A stretch of DNA of 64,000 nucleotides from Mustelus asterias (taxonomy: Eukaryota), in the NCBI RefSeq assembly GCF_964213995.1, contig NW_027590156.1:248001-312000 (forward strand), written 5' to 3'. The notes under the pieces were generated by a model that saw only the letters and a list, made by a program, of their open reading frames with translations, ran no database searches and was not told the DNA's origin. Each line of letters opens with the position of its first letter. The stretch's first letter is position 1. The translations under genes were made by a program, and so were the position numbers. Shown one piece after another: positions 25,763 to 37,004 of this stretch.

Positions 25763-25812
25763 TGTAGTGGTAGGAAAAAGACTATTTATTATTCAGGATA
25801 AAATTAATGTAC

Positions 25813-26050
25813 TATAAGAAATTAAGAGCAGGCCATTTGAGTCTGCTCCACCATTCAATATGATCATGGCTGATCCTCGATCTCAATGCCATATTCTCCC
25901 CACACCGCTTGAAGCCATTAAAATCTAAAACAAAACCTATCTCTTCCTTGAATATATTCAGTGACTTGGATTCCACAGCCTTCTGTGGTAGAGAATTCCA
26001 CAAGTTCACTACCCTTTGAGTTAAGAATTTTTTTCCTCATCTCAGTCTCA
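25813..26050 (-). mobile_element. CR1 3' end fragment
   Basis: NLWNSLPQKAVES... and CR1 tail. Confidence 0.75.
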
Positions 26051-26253
26051 TCTGACACCTGCTTTTGTGGATCATTTCAGTGGAAATGTGCCCTCGCTCA
26101 AAGGGAATCAGCCACTGGAATGAAAATTGAGACCGGCCAGTCCAGCAGCAAGAAACCCTCCGACCCTCCCACTTCATCAACTGTCAGAATGAACATGGTT
26201 CAGTCCTGGATGTGATTAACAGCGGCAATAACAGCAGAATCCAATCCCAGTCA

Positions 26254-27186
26254 TCACTTGTGAACTCGCTGGTGTCTCAGCAGGTGGGATGACTGAGTGA
26301 ATCCCTTCCCACACACAGAGCAGGTAAATGGTCTCTCCCCAGTGTGAACTCGCTGGTGTGTGAGCAGGTTGGATGACCGATTGAATCCCTTCCCACACAC
26401 AGAGCAGATAAATGGCTTCTCCCCAGTGTGAACCCGCTGGTGTGTCAGCAGGGTAGATAACTCATAGAATCCCATCTCACACTCCGAGCAGATGAAAGGC
26501 CTCTCCCTGTCCCTGCTGTGAATTTGCTGATGTCTCAGCAGGTTGGCTCACTGAGTGAATCCCTTCCCACAGTTGGAGCAGGTGAACGGCCTCTCCCCAG
26601 TGTGAACTCGCTGGTGTGTCAGCAGGGTGGAGGAATCTCCGAATCCTTTTCCACACACGGAGCAGATGAACGGCCTCTCTCCAGTGTGAACTCGCTGATG
26701 TGCCAGCAGGTCAGGTGAATCTCTGAATCCTATCCCACACTCTGAGCAGGTGAGTGGTCTCTCCCCAGTGTGAACTCGATGGTGCCTCTGCAGACTGGAG
26801 GACCGAGTGAATCTCTTCCCACAGTCAGAGCAGATGAATTGCCTCTCCTTGGTGTGAACCTGCTGGTGTGCCAGCAGGGTGGATGAATCTCTGCATCTTT
26901 TTCCACACACTGAGCAGCTGAATGGTCTCATCCCTGTGTGAACTCGATGATGTCTCACTAGGTTGGATGAAATGCTGAATTTCTTCCCACACACAGAGCA
27001 GGTGAATGGCCTCTCTCCGCTGTGAACTCGCTGGTGTGTAAGCAGGTCGGATGCATTAGTAAATCTCTTCCCACACTGAGAGCAGGTGAATGGTCTTTCC
27101 CCGGTGTGACTGCGTCGATGAATTTCCAACTCAGATGGGGACCTGAATCCCTTTCCACAATCCTTACATTTCCACGGTTTCCCCAT
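26254..27186 (-). pseudogene. C2H2 poly-zinc-finger gene (11 fingers) with in-frame TGA in finger 8
   Basis: ORF 26548-27186 ends GFTQ*, and the same frame resumes [10 protein letters not shown]... to 26254; acceptor at ~27341. May encode a 7-finger truncated protein. Confidence 0.8.
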
Positions 27187-27949
27187 GGTGTCGGTGTCTG
27201 TGTCTCGGTGCTTTTCCAGTCACAGGGATGGTAAAATGGGTGATGGTTTACCCCATCCTATAAAATTGAGTGACTCTGTCTGATCTTGGTGTGAAGTTTG
27301 GTTTGAGATTTCTTATGGCAAGTTTTTCCCTTTTAATATCCTGTAAAAGAAGTTTGCAAATGTCATCACTGTCAGTTCAGCTCAGAAATTCAGAATAGAG
27401 AACCAGTCACTGATGGGATACATTCTGCCACATGGATAATTATGGATTGTAACATTGTCATTAAAACATGTGATACCAAAGCCACAGCAATGTGGTTGAA
27501 TCTTAAATGCCCACCAAGGGCAACTAGAGATGGGCAAGAAATGCTGGCAACCATGTCCCACAAATGAATACAAAAATGATTGAGTGTAAATAATTTACAT
27601 TTAAAAATGTCTTCTGTCAACGGTGTAAATGCTCATTTATATATATCTATATAGATATATATATTTACATATTTATAAATGCTCATTTTATCATTGATTT
27701 CCTGAAGCTTCTGTTTTGAGTTTCAGACAGTTCTATGCCAAGTGTTTGAGGTGATTAAAAGTCTTTCATCTTACTCTTTGCATATCGATATTCACTAAAG
27801 CTGCACAGATTGATTTTCTTCTCATTATAAATATATTTTCAATACCTAAAAGGACAGTCTTTCAGCAATCCCCATTTTCCTTCTTTCTGGTTGATAATTA
27901 AGGGTCTGTACACTTGGTGTAATTTATGATTTTGTTCCTAATTTTATCG

Positions 27950-28445
27950 GTTTCCCCACCCGCCACAATCTCCACAACACAGCAAAAATAATCACTACTC
28001 ACTCATTGGGATTGTCAATGGCGGGCTTTATACCCAGCATTCCCCGCGGTGCTGAAAGTCCCCTTTCGACACTGCAGGAGAGTAGTGCGCAGGCCCAATG
28101 CTCATCCAGTTGGAGCATGCGCAGTATGAGTGATGTCTCCTGAGACAAAGACGTTTCTTTGGTTAACAGGCAGTCGGTAAGGATGCGGAAACCTGGAGTG
28201 AGTAACGGAGGCGATTCTGGTTGGGAAGAGTTTGTAAACACCGGGTGAATGCTCTCACCCCCTAGACGAACCTGAAGGTGCCGCGTTTGCAGCTCCGGGT
28301 CTTTTTACCGAAACGAAGCCCCGGTTACTGGCCGCCATCTTGGTTCATAGCCGAGGAGTGCGCATGCCTCTTCGTTCAGGTGACGTAACAGAGTGGACGG
28401 GGCCTCAGGGTCTCTGTTCCCAACTGGGTCCAAGTGCCCGGTGAT
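27950..28445. promoter_or_regulatory. CpG-island bidirectional promoter (ZNF pair 1)
   Basis: CpG-rich; NRF1-like GCATGCGCA (28115) and TGCGCATGC (28359); YY1 GCCGCCATCTT (28331); CRE-like TGACGTAA; splice donors on both strands (~27997 minus; ~28177/28198 plus). Confidence 0.7.
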
Positions 28446-28469
28446 ACATAGCTGAGTTAACAGATTTTA

Positions 28470-28658
28470 TGATGTGGAGATGCCGGCGTTGGACTGGGGT
28501 AAACACAGTAAGAAGTTTAACAACACCAGGTTAAAGTCCAACAGGTTTATTTGGCAGCAAAAGCCACACAAGCTTTCGGAGCTCTGAAAGCTTGTGTGGC
28601 TTTTGCTACCAAATAAACCTGTTGGACTTTAACCTGGTGTTGTTAAACTTCTTACTGT
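28470..28658. mobile_element. Palindromic solo Penelope pLTR (fold-back hairpin)
   Basis: ~75-bp inverted arms centred on GCTTTC-GGAGCTCT-GAAAGC; flanked by GTTAACAGATTTTA on both sides. Confidence 0.85.
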
Positions 28659-28766
28659 GTTAACAGATTTTATGATGTGGAGATGCCGGCGTTGGACTGG
28701 GGTAAACACAGTAAGAAGTTTAACAACACCAGGTTAAAGTCCAACAGGTTTATTTGGTAGCAAAAG

Positions 28767-28810
28767 CCACACAAGCTTTCGAGGCTCTGAGCCCCTTCTT
28801 CAGGTGAGTG
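28767..28810 (-). ncRNA. Minimal type-I hammerhead ribozyme motif in pLTR (sense to ORF)
   Basis: CAC-CUGAAGA-A-GGGGCUC-A-GAGCCUC-GAAA-GCUU-GUG; palindromic AGCU helix III as in dimeric PLE hammerheads. Confidence 0.7.
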
Positions 28811-29088
28811 GGAATTCTGTTCACAAACAGAACTTATAAGACACAGACTCAATTTACATGAATAATGGTTGGAATGCGAATACTTACAACTAATCCAGTC
28901 TTTAAGAAACAAAACAATGGGAGTGGGGAGAGCATCAAGACAGGCTAAAAAGATGTGTATTGTCTCCAGACAAGACAGCCAGTGAAACTCTGCAGGGCCA
29001 CGCAACTGTGGGAGTTACAAATAGTGTGACATAAATTCTGATTCTAGGATCGCATGATAAAGACTCAGGAGGAAAAAAGCAGAAATAT

Positions 29089-30945
29089 TTATGTGAAATA
29101 GTGTGACATAAACCCAATATCCCGGTTGAGGCCGTCCTTGTGTGTGCGGAACCTGGCTATCAGTTTCTGCTCCGCGACTCTGCGCTGTCGTGTGTCGCGA
29201 AGGCCGCCTTGGAGAACCCTTACCCGAATATCAGAGGCCGAATGCCCGTGACCGCTGAAGTGCTCCCCAACAGGAAGAGAACAGTCTTGCCTGGTGATTG
29301 TCGAGCGGTGTTCATTCATCCGTTGTCGCAGCGTCTGCATAGTTTCCCCAATGTACCATGCCTCGGGACATCCTTTCTTGCAGCGTATCAGGTAGACAAC
29401 GTTGGCCGAGTTGCAAGAGTATGTACCGTGTACCTGGTGGATGGTGTTCTCACGTGAGATGATGGCATCTGTGTCGATGATCCGGCACGTCTTGCAGAGG
29501 TTGCTGTGGCAGGGTTGTGTGGTGTCTTGGTCACTGTTCTCCTGAAGGCTGGGTAGTTTGCTGCGGACAATGGTCTGTTTGAGGTTGTGCGGTTGTTTGA
29601 AGGCAAGAAGTGGGGGTGTGGGGATGGCCTTGGCGAGATGTTCGTCTTCATCAATGACATGTTGAAGGCTCCGGAGGAGATGCCGTAGCTTCTCCGCTCC
29701 GGGGAAGTACTGGACAACGAAGGGTACTCTGTCCACTGTGTCCCGTGTTTGTCTTCTGAGGAGGTCGGTGCGGTTTTTCGCTGTGGCGCGTTGGAACTGT
29801 TGATCAATGAGTCTAGCGCCATATCCTGTTCTTATGAGGGCATCTTTCAGCGTCTGGAGGTGTCTGTTGCGATCCTCCTCATCCGAGCAGATCCTGTGTA
29901 TACGGAGGGCTTGTCCGTAGGGGATGGCTTCTTTAACGTGTTTAGGGTGGAAGCTGGAGAAGTGGAGCATCGTGAGGTTATCCGTGGGCTTGCGGTACAG
30001 TGAGGTGCTGAGGTGACCGTCCTTAATGGAGATGCGCGTGTCCAAGAATGCAACCGATTCCGGAGAGTAGTCTATGGTGAGCCTGATGGTGGGATGGAAC
30101 TTGTTGATGTCATCATAGAGTTGTTTCAGTGATTGTTCACCATGAGTCCAAAGGAAGAAAATGTCATCGATGTATCTAGTGTATAGCACCGGTTGAAGGT
30201 CCCGTGCGGTGAAGAAGTCTTGTTCGAACCTGTGCATGAAGATGTTGGCATATTGAGGTGCAAATTTGGTCCCCATGGCTGTTCCGTGTGTCTGGATGAA
30301 GAACTGGTTGTTGAAGGTGAAGATATTGTGGTCCAGGATGAAGCGGATGAGATGTAAAATTGCATCTGGAAACTGGCAGTTGTTGGCGCTGAGCACTGAG
30401 GCCGTTGCAGCAATGCCATCGTCATGGGGGATGCTGGTGTAGAGTGCTGAGACATCCATTGTGACGAGGAGCGCTCCTGGTTCAACTGCTCCATGTGTGC
30501 CGAGTTTCTGTAGGAAGTCCGTCGTGTCGCGACAAAAGCTGGGGGTTCTTTGTACAATGGGTTTCAGGATGCCCTCGACATAGCCGGAGAGGTTCTCGCA
30601 CAGGGTCCCATTGCCCGATACGATGGGACGGCCGGGTGTGTTTGCCTTGTGTATCTTCGGGAGGCAGTAGAGATCTCCAACGCGGGGAGTACGTGGGATG
30701 AGAGCACGGAGGGTGTTCTGAAGGTCCGGATCAAAGGTCTTGATCAGAGTGTTGAGTTGACGGGTGTGTTCTTTGGTCGGATCTGCAGGTAACTGTCTGT
30801 AGTGTTCCTCGTTGTTGAGTTGTCGGTACACTTCTTTGCAGTAATCCGTTCTAATACACATCTTTTTAGCCTGTCTTGATGCTCTCCCCACTCCCATTGT
30901 TTTGTTTCTTAAAGACTGGATTAGTTGTAAGTATTCGCATTCCAA
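29089..30945 (-). CDS. Penelope RT + GIY-YIG endonuclease (N-terminus truncated and fused to inverted pLTR)
   Basis: LPKIHK, GRPIVS, MDVSALYTSI, GTAMG, RYIDD, FLD, YRKPT; Cys-rich linker CHSNLCKTC; VVYLIRC...WYIGET...RMNEH...GLN. Confidence 0.92.
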   Translation of the reverse strand: MECEYLQLIQSLRNKTMGVGRASRQAKKMCIRTDYCKEVYRQLNNEEHYRQLPADPTKEHTRQLNTLIKTFDPDLQNTLRALIPRTPRVGDLYCLPKIHKANTPGRPIVSGNGTLCENLSGYVEGILKPIVQRTPSFCRDTTDFLQKLGTHGAVEPGALLVTMDVSALYTSIPHDDGIAATASVLSANNCQFPDAILHLIRFILDHNIFTFNNQFFIQTHGTAMGTKFAPQYANIFMHRFEQDFFTARDLQPVLYTRYIDDIFFLWTHGEQSLKQLYDDINKFHPTIRLTIDYSPESVAFLDTRISIKDGHLSTSLYRKPTDNLTMLHFSSFHPKHVKEAIPYGQALRIHRICSDEEDRNRHLQTLKDALIRTGYGARLIDQQFQRATAKNRTDLLRRQTRDTVDRVPFVVQYFPGAEKLRHLLRSLQHVIDEDEHLAKAIPTPPLLAFKQPHNLKQTIVRSKLPSLQENSDQDTTQPCHSNLCKTCRIIDTDAIISRENTIHQVHGTYSCNSANVVYLIRCKKGCPEAWYIGETMQTLRQRMNEHRSTITRQDCSLPVGEHFSGHGHSASDIRVRVLQGGLRDTRQRRVAEQKLIARFRTHKDGLNRDIGFMSHYFT

Positions 30946-31003
30946 CCATTATTCATGTAAATTGAGTCTGTGTCTTATAAGTTCTGTTTGTGAACAGAAT
31001 TCC

Positions 31004-31047
31004 CACTCACCTGAAGAAGGGGCTCAGAGCCTCGAAAGCTTGTGTGG
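31004..31047 (+). ncRNA. Minimal hammerhead ribozyme motif in inverted pLTR
   Basis: Inverted copy of the 28767-28810 motif: CACCTGAAGAAGGGGCTCAGAGCCTCGAAAGCTTGTG. Confidence 0.7.
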
Positions 31048-31622
31048 CTTTTGCTACCAAATAAACCTGTTGGACTTTAACCTGGTGTTGTTAAACTTCT
31101 TACTGTGTTAACAGATTTTAAACAGCTTCACCCACTCCCAGGCTGCAGCTGATGTTTGCAGCCCAAAGGAGTCCATGGCCATGTTTACATTATATTAATA
31201 TTATATTATAGCCCAAAGATGTGGATTGCCCATGTTAAATTGCCTCTTAGTGTCCCAAGACGTGCAGGTTAAATGGGAAATTGTGAGGTTACCAGGATAG
31301 GGTGAGGAAGAACACCTGGCTAAGATGCTCTGTCAGAGAGTCATTGCATACTCAATGGGTGAAATGGCATATTCTGCACTGTCGGGATTCTATATTCAGT
31401 GTGAGATGTTGCAGCCCTGTATAGTTACCTGAAGGAGCTGCTCCGCAACCTTTGTTAACACTTTCGCCCCAACCTCCTAGTCTTTGGCTGTGTGGGGGGA
31501 AGTTGGGGAGAACAAAGAAAAGTACAGCACAGGAACAAACCCTTTGATCCTCCAAGTCTATGCCAATCATGATACCCTAATTTACAAAAAACCTTCTGCC
31601 TTTGCTCGGTCTGTATCCCTCT

Positions 31623-31884
31623 GGGCAGCATGGTGGCACAGTGGTTAGCACTGCTGCCTCAGAGCTCCAGGGTCCCAGGTTTAATTCTGGCCTTGGGTCA
31701 CTTTCTGTGTGGAGTTTGCACATTCTCTCCGTGTCTGTGTGGGTTTCCTCCGGGTGCTCCAGTTTCCTCCCACAGTCCAAAGATGTGCGGGTTAGGTTGA
31801 TTGGCCATGATAAATTGACCCGAGTGTCAGGAGAATTAGTAAAGTAAATGTGTGCGGTTACGGGAATTGGCCCTGGGTGGGATT
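31623..31884 (+). mobile_element. V-SINE
   Basis: Head + V domain, tail truncated by the adjacent SINE. Confidence 0.82.
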
Positions 31885-31885
31885 T

Positions 31886-32226
31886 TTAAAAATTAATTTG
31901 TGGGACATGGGTGTCACTGGCTGGCCAGCATTTATTGCCCATCCCTAGTTGCCCTTGTTCAGAGGGCAGTTGAGAGTCAACCACATTGCTGTGGCTCTGG
32001 AGTCACATGTAGGCCTGACCAGAAAAGGACGGCAGATTTCCTTCCCTAAAAGACATCAGTGAACCAGATGGATTTTTCCGACAATCGACAATGGTCATGG
32101 TCATCAGTAGATTCTTAATTCCAGATATTTTTTGTTGAATTCAAATTCCACCACCTGCCGTGGCAGGATTTGAATGCGGGTCCCCAGAACATTAGCTGAG
32201 TTTCTGGATTAATAGTCGAGCGATAA
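31886..32226 (-). mobile_element. SacSINE/DeuSINE-like SINE
   Basis: Reverse-complement homologue of 23036-23285 and 59328-59682. Confidence 0.72.
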
Positions 32227-32229
32227 TTT

Positions 32230-32660
32230 CTAATTCCTCCCTATTCAAGTACCCATCCAGATTCCTGTTAAATTTTGCTAATCTGCCTGCTTCCACCACC
32301 TATTTGGCAGCATGTTCCAGGCACCCACCACTCTGTGTGAAAAACTTTCACTGCACATCTCCCTTAAACATTCCCCTTCTCATCTTGAACCTTGTAATTG
32401 ATAATTCCACTCTAAGAAAAAAACCTCTGACTATCCACCCTGTCAATGCCTCTCATAACTTTGTAGACCTCTATCAGGTCTCCCGTCAGCCTCTGTCTTT
32501 CCAGCGAAAAATCCTATTCAACCTCTCCTCGCCAACATCCTCGAGACCAGGCAACATCGTGGTGAACCTTCTTTGCACTCTCTCCAAAGCTTCCAGGTCC
32601 TTCTGGTAGTATGGTGGCCAGGAATGCATGCAATACTCCAAATGTAGCTTAACCAAGATC
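32230..32660 (-). mobile_element. CR1 3' fragment
   Basis: LVKLHLEYCMHSWPPYYQKDLEALERVQRRFT. Confidence 0.75.
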
Positions 32661-33406
32661 AGAGTATCTTCTCCTGGACCTGCTCTTGGGCCAGATTCAA
32701 ACAACAATTTGTTGAAGCTGAATGAGCAGTGTCCATAGCAATTGGGTGGATGTCGCATATCCTTGCAGTCTCTCCTGGAGAGGGAGCATGTGGTGTCCAC
32801 TGATACACTTGCTACCTTCCACAACTGATGAGCATCGCAGGGTACAAAGTAACTTCAAGACATTGGAAACAACATTCTGGTTCATTAGGAAGCTAACCTT
32901 TCTTCTTGTTGGTACTTTGTTGCTGATCTTTTTCTTCTTTTAGTTTGTTTGGACTACATATTTGAGGAAACAAACAAGGGAAAAGAATATTCAATAAAAA
33001 ATGAAATATCTGTTCTGAATTTCTATCATGTTACAATGATAATTTTTGTAAACTCCTTTTACAGGGTATTAGAAGAGGAAGTTTTGCAAATGTGAAACTC
33101 AAACACAACATCACACAAAAAATACAACAAAATTGTTCCATTCATCAGAACCTGATTATCATCGACCTTTGAATGTGGAAGCAGAAATGTTTTGCAAACA
33201 TCAGTGTGACTGGAAAAGCACCGAGACACACACACACCCGAGTGAGAGTGTTCCAGTGAACTGAGTGTGGAAAGAGCTTTAACCAGTTACACAGCCTGAA
33301 AAAAACATCACAACATTCACAGCCAGGAGAAAACATGACGTGTTCTGTGTGTGGATGAGGCTTCAACTGATCATCCAACCTGGAGATACACAAGGACACC
33401 AGCACC

Positions 33407-34330
33407 ATGGAGAAACAGTGGAAATGTGCATATTGCGCTAAGGGGTTCAGTTACCCTTCCCAGCTTAAAAATCATCAACGCAGTCACACTGGGGAGAGAC
33501 CATTCACCTGCTCCATGTGTGGGAAGGGATTCATTCAGTCATCCCACCTGCTTTCACACCAGCAAGTTCACCTTGATGAGAAGCTGTTAAACCGCTCGGA
33601 CTGTGAAAGCAACTTTAAAATCTCGGAGGACCTGGTTACGCACCAGGTTGTTCACACTGAGAGACAGTTCAGTTGCTCTCACTGTGGGAGGGGGTTCATA
33701 CGATCACAGAACCTCATCGAACATGAACGCACTCACACTGGGGAGAGGCCATTCACCTGCTCTGTGTGTGGGAAGGGATTCACGCGATTATCCTACCTCA
33801 CTACACATCGTCTGGTTCACACTGATAACAGACCTTTCAAATGTACTGAATGTGAGAAGAGTTATAAAACCACAAGTGAATTGCTGATACACCAGCGGGT
33901 TCACACTGGGGAGAGGCCCTTCACCTGCGCTGTGTGTGAGAAGGCATTTGCACGATCATCCCACCTCGCTAAACACCAACTGGTTCACACGGATAAAAGA
34001 CTTTTCAAATGCTCTGAGTGTGAGAAGACTTACAGAACCACAACTGACCTGCTGACACACCAGCGAGTTCACAATGGGGAGAGGCCATTCAGATGTACAG
34101 TGTGTGGGACAGGATTCACTCTGTCATCCAGCCTCCAGAAACACCAGCGAGTTCACACTGGGGAGAGGTCGTTCACCTGCTCCACGTGTGGAAAAGGATT
34201 CATTCATTCAGCCAATCTTCTGACACACCAGCGAGTTCACACTGGGGAGAGGCCATTCCTTTGCTCCGACTGTGGGAAGACATTCATCCACTCATCCCAT
34301 CTTTTGAGACACCAGAAAGTTCACAAATGA
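33407..34330 (+). CDS. C2H2 poly-zinc-finger protein, 307 aa, 11 fingers (one degenerate), no effector domain
   Basis: Open ORF with TGERPF linkers; acceptor at 33064; upstream fossil fingers. Confidence 0.88.
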   Translation: MEKQWKCAYCAKGFSYPSQLKNHQRSHTGERPFTCSMCGKGFIQSSHLLSHQQVHLDEKLLNRSDCESNFKISEDLVTHQVVHTERQFSCSHCGRGFIRSQNLIEHERTHTGERPFTCSVCGKGFTRLSYLTTHRLVHTDNRPFKCTECEKSYKTTSELLIHQRVHTGERPFTCAVCEKAFARSSHLAKHQLVHTDKRLFKCSECEKTYRTTTDLLTHQRVHNGERPFRCTVCGTGFTLSSSLQKHQRVHTGERSFTCSTCGKGFIHSANLLTHQRVHTGERPFLCSDCGKTFIHSSHLLRHQKVHK

Positions 34331-34749
34331 CAGAAGGATTTGGATTCTGCTGTTATCTTTAAAAATTCATTTTACAGGACGTGAGGGTCGCTGACTGGGC
34401 CGAGCATTTATCGCCCATCCCTAATTACCCTCCATTTCAGAGGCCATCTAAGAGTCAACCACATTGCTGTAGCTCTGGGATCACATGTAGGCCAGACCAG
34501 GTAAGGGCGGCAGATTTCCTTCCCTAAAGGACATTAGTGAACCAGATGGGTTTTTCCGACAATTGTCATGGTCATCAGTTGACTTTTAATTCCAGATTAA
34601 TCACATCCAAGCCTGAAACATGTTCAGCCTGAGAGCTGGAGTTTCTTCATGCTGATGTTAATAATCTTCATAACTTGCTGCAGTTTAGTATTCCGATGCG
34701 TGTCAAATGAACTAATATTATTTCAGACACACAGTCGGGTCCTTTATTT

Positions 34750-35888
34750 GGGGGTAGTGTGTTAAAGTGTGTTAAAGTGGATTGGGGACTGGCTATCCGA
34801 CAGGAAGCAAAGAGTCGGAATAAATGGGTGTTTTTCCGGTTGGAGGAAGGTAACTAGTGGCGTGCCGCAGGGATCGGTACTCGGGCCGCAACTGTTTACC
34901 ATTTATATAGATGATCTGGAGGAGGGGACGGAGTGTAGGGTAACGAAGTTTGCAGACGACACAAAGATAAGTGGAAAAGTGAATCGTGTGGAGGATGGAG
35001 AAGATCTGCAGAGAGATTTGGACAGGCTGAGTGAGTGGGCGAGGATATGGCAAATGGAGTATAACGTTGAGAAATGCGAGGTTATACACTTTGGAGGAAA
35101 TAATAATAAATGGGATTACTATCTCAATGGAAACAAATTAAAACATGCTACCGTGCAAAGGGACCTGGGGGTCCTTGTGCATGAGACGCAAAAGCCCAGT
35201 CTGCAGGTACAACAGGTGATCAAGAAGGCAAATGGGATGTTGGCCTATATTGCGAGGGGGATAGAATATAAAAGCAGGAATGTCTTGATGCACCTGTACA
35301 GGGCATTGGTGAGGCCGCAGCTGGAATACTGTGTGCAGTATTGGTCCCCTTATATGAGGAAGGATATATTGGCATTGGAGGGAGTGCAGAGAAGGTTCAC
35401 CAGGTTGATACCGGAGATGAGGGGTTTGGATTATGAGGAGAGGCTGAGGAGATTGGGTTTGTACTCGTTGGAGTTTAGAAGGATGAGGGGGGATCTTATG
35501 GAGACTTATAAGATAATGCGGGGGCTGGATAGGGTGGAGGCGGAGAGATTCTTTCCACTTAGTAAGGAAGTTAAAACTAGAGGACACAGCCTCAAAATAA
35601 AGGGGGGTCGGTTTAAGACAGAGTTGAGGAGGAACTTCTTCTCCCAGAGGGTGGTGAATCTCTGGAATTCTCTGCCCACTGAGGTGGTGGAGGCTCCCTC
35701 GCTGAATATGTTTAAAGCGCGGATGGATGGATTCCTGATCGGTAAGGGAATTAAGGGTTATGGGGATCAGGCGGGTAAGTGGTACTGATCCACGTCAGAT
35801 CAGCCATGATCTTATTGAATGGCGGGGCAGGCTCGAGGGGCTAGATGGCCTACTCCTGCTCCTATTTCTTATGTTCTTATGTTCTTAT
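34750..35888 (+). mobile_element. Young 5'-truncated CR1 LINE (open RT C-terminal ORF 34769-35788)
   Basis: [17 protein letters not shown]; (TTCTTATG)n tail; same family as 4673-8320. Confidence 0.93.
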
Positions 35889-36342
35889 TTCTCCAGGATA
35901 AGAGGAGATTATTCGATATCCTGTTACTGGCTGCTCCATTTGTGAGTATGTGTTTCTCCTTTCTCACTGTCTGGATCATTTCAGTTGCGGACCTTCAGCT
36001 ATTCTCTTGGACCCAGACCTTCCAGAACGTCTCTCCTCACCTGGGGAATCAGTGAAGGGAGTGATAACACACTCGGCCTCAGTCAAAGCAAAACCCAGTC
36101 TTGATGTGCTGGACCCATCATTGAGAATAGGGATGTTTGTGGAGTCTCCTCTTCCTGTGGTTCCACTTTGGGTTGAAGTCAGTGAGGTCTCTGATCTGTG
36201 TTCTGTTTTTTATACCAGTAAAACAAATAAACTAATTAACAAGTGAAATCTCCTCAAAACATCATTGTAACAAAAAGACAGAACTTCAAAGAAAATGTAT
36301 GAAAATTAATTAAAATGTTGTTTAATATAAACCAAAAGTGAA

Positions 36343-36658
36343 TGGGCAGCACAGTGGTTAGCACTGCTGCCTCACAGCGCCAGGGACCTGGGTTCAGTTC
36401 TGGCCTTGGGTCACTGTCTGTGTGGAGTTTGCATGTTCTCCCCGTGTCTGTGTGGGTTTCCTCCACGTGCTCTGGTTTCCTCCCACAGTACAAAGATGTG
36501 CAGGTTAGGTTGATCGGCTGTGCTAAATTGACCCTAGTGTCAGGGGGATTAGGAGAGTAAATATGTGGTGTTACGGGAATAGGGCTTGGGTGGGATTGTG
36601 GTCGGTGCAGCTCGATGGGCCGATGGCCTACTGCACTGTACGGATTCTATGATTCTGT
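36343..36658 (+). mobile_element. V-SINE (CR1-type tail)
   Basis: Head, V domain, GATTCTATGATTCT tail. Confidence 0.85.
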
Positions 36659-37004
36659 GACATGAAACAGAATCAGGGTGCAAGGTAACTAATGAGACTA
36701 AAATGTCATTACTGGGGGGCCGGGATTGATGATGCAGCCCAGACCCCACAAGAACCCACCAGTCATGGAAGGCCTGGCAGTGGCAGTGGACACCACGTGC
36801 TCCCTTTCCAAGGCCACCCAGCCGTGAATGTAACCCTGGTACAGAGGCAGACATTTGGGTTGGTGGAACCCCCTCGAGCAGATCAGTGTTTGGGAAATGG
36901 ATGTCTGTAGAACATGAGGGCAGGGTTACATTGTACAGGAAGAGAAACAGAAACCCAAACAGCACAAGGGGCTGGTTATTGATGATTCTTGTGAACATTA
37001 TTCC

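Larger units (their letters stand above)
28673..31106 (-). mobile_element. Penelope-like retroelement (Neptune-type), 5'-truncated with inverted pLTR
   Basis: ~255-bp inverted repeats (28705-28961 / 30853-31109), ~32-nt 3' tail extension, 14-bp flanking direct repeat, intact RT + GIY-YIG ORF. Confidence 0.95.
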
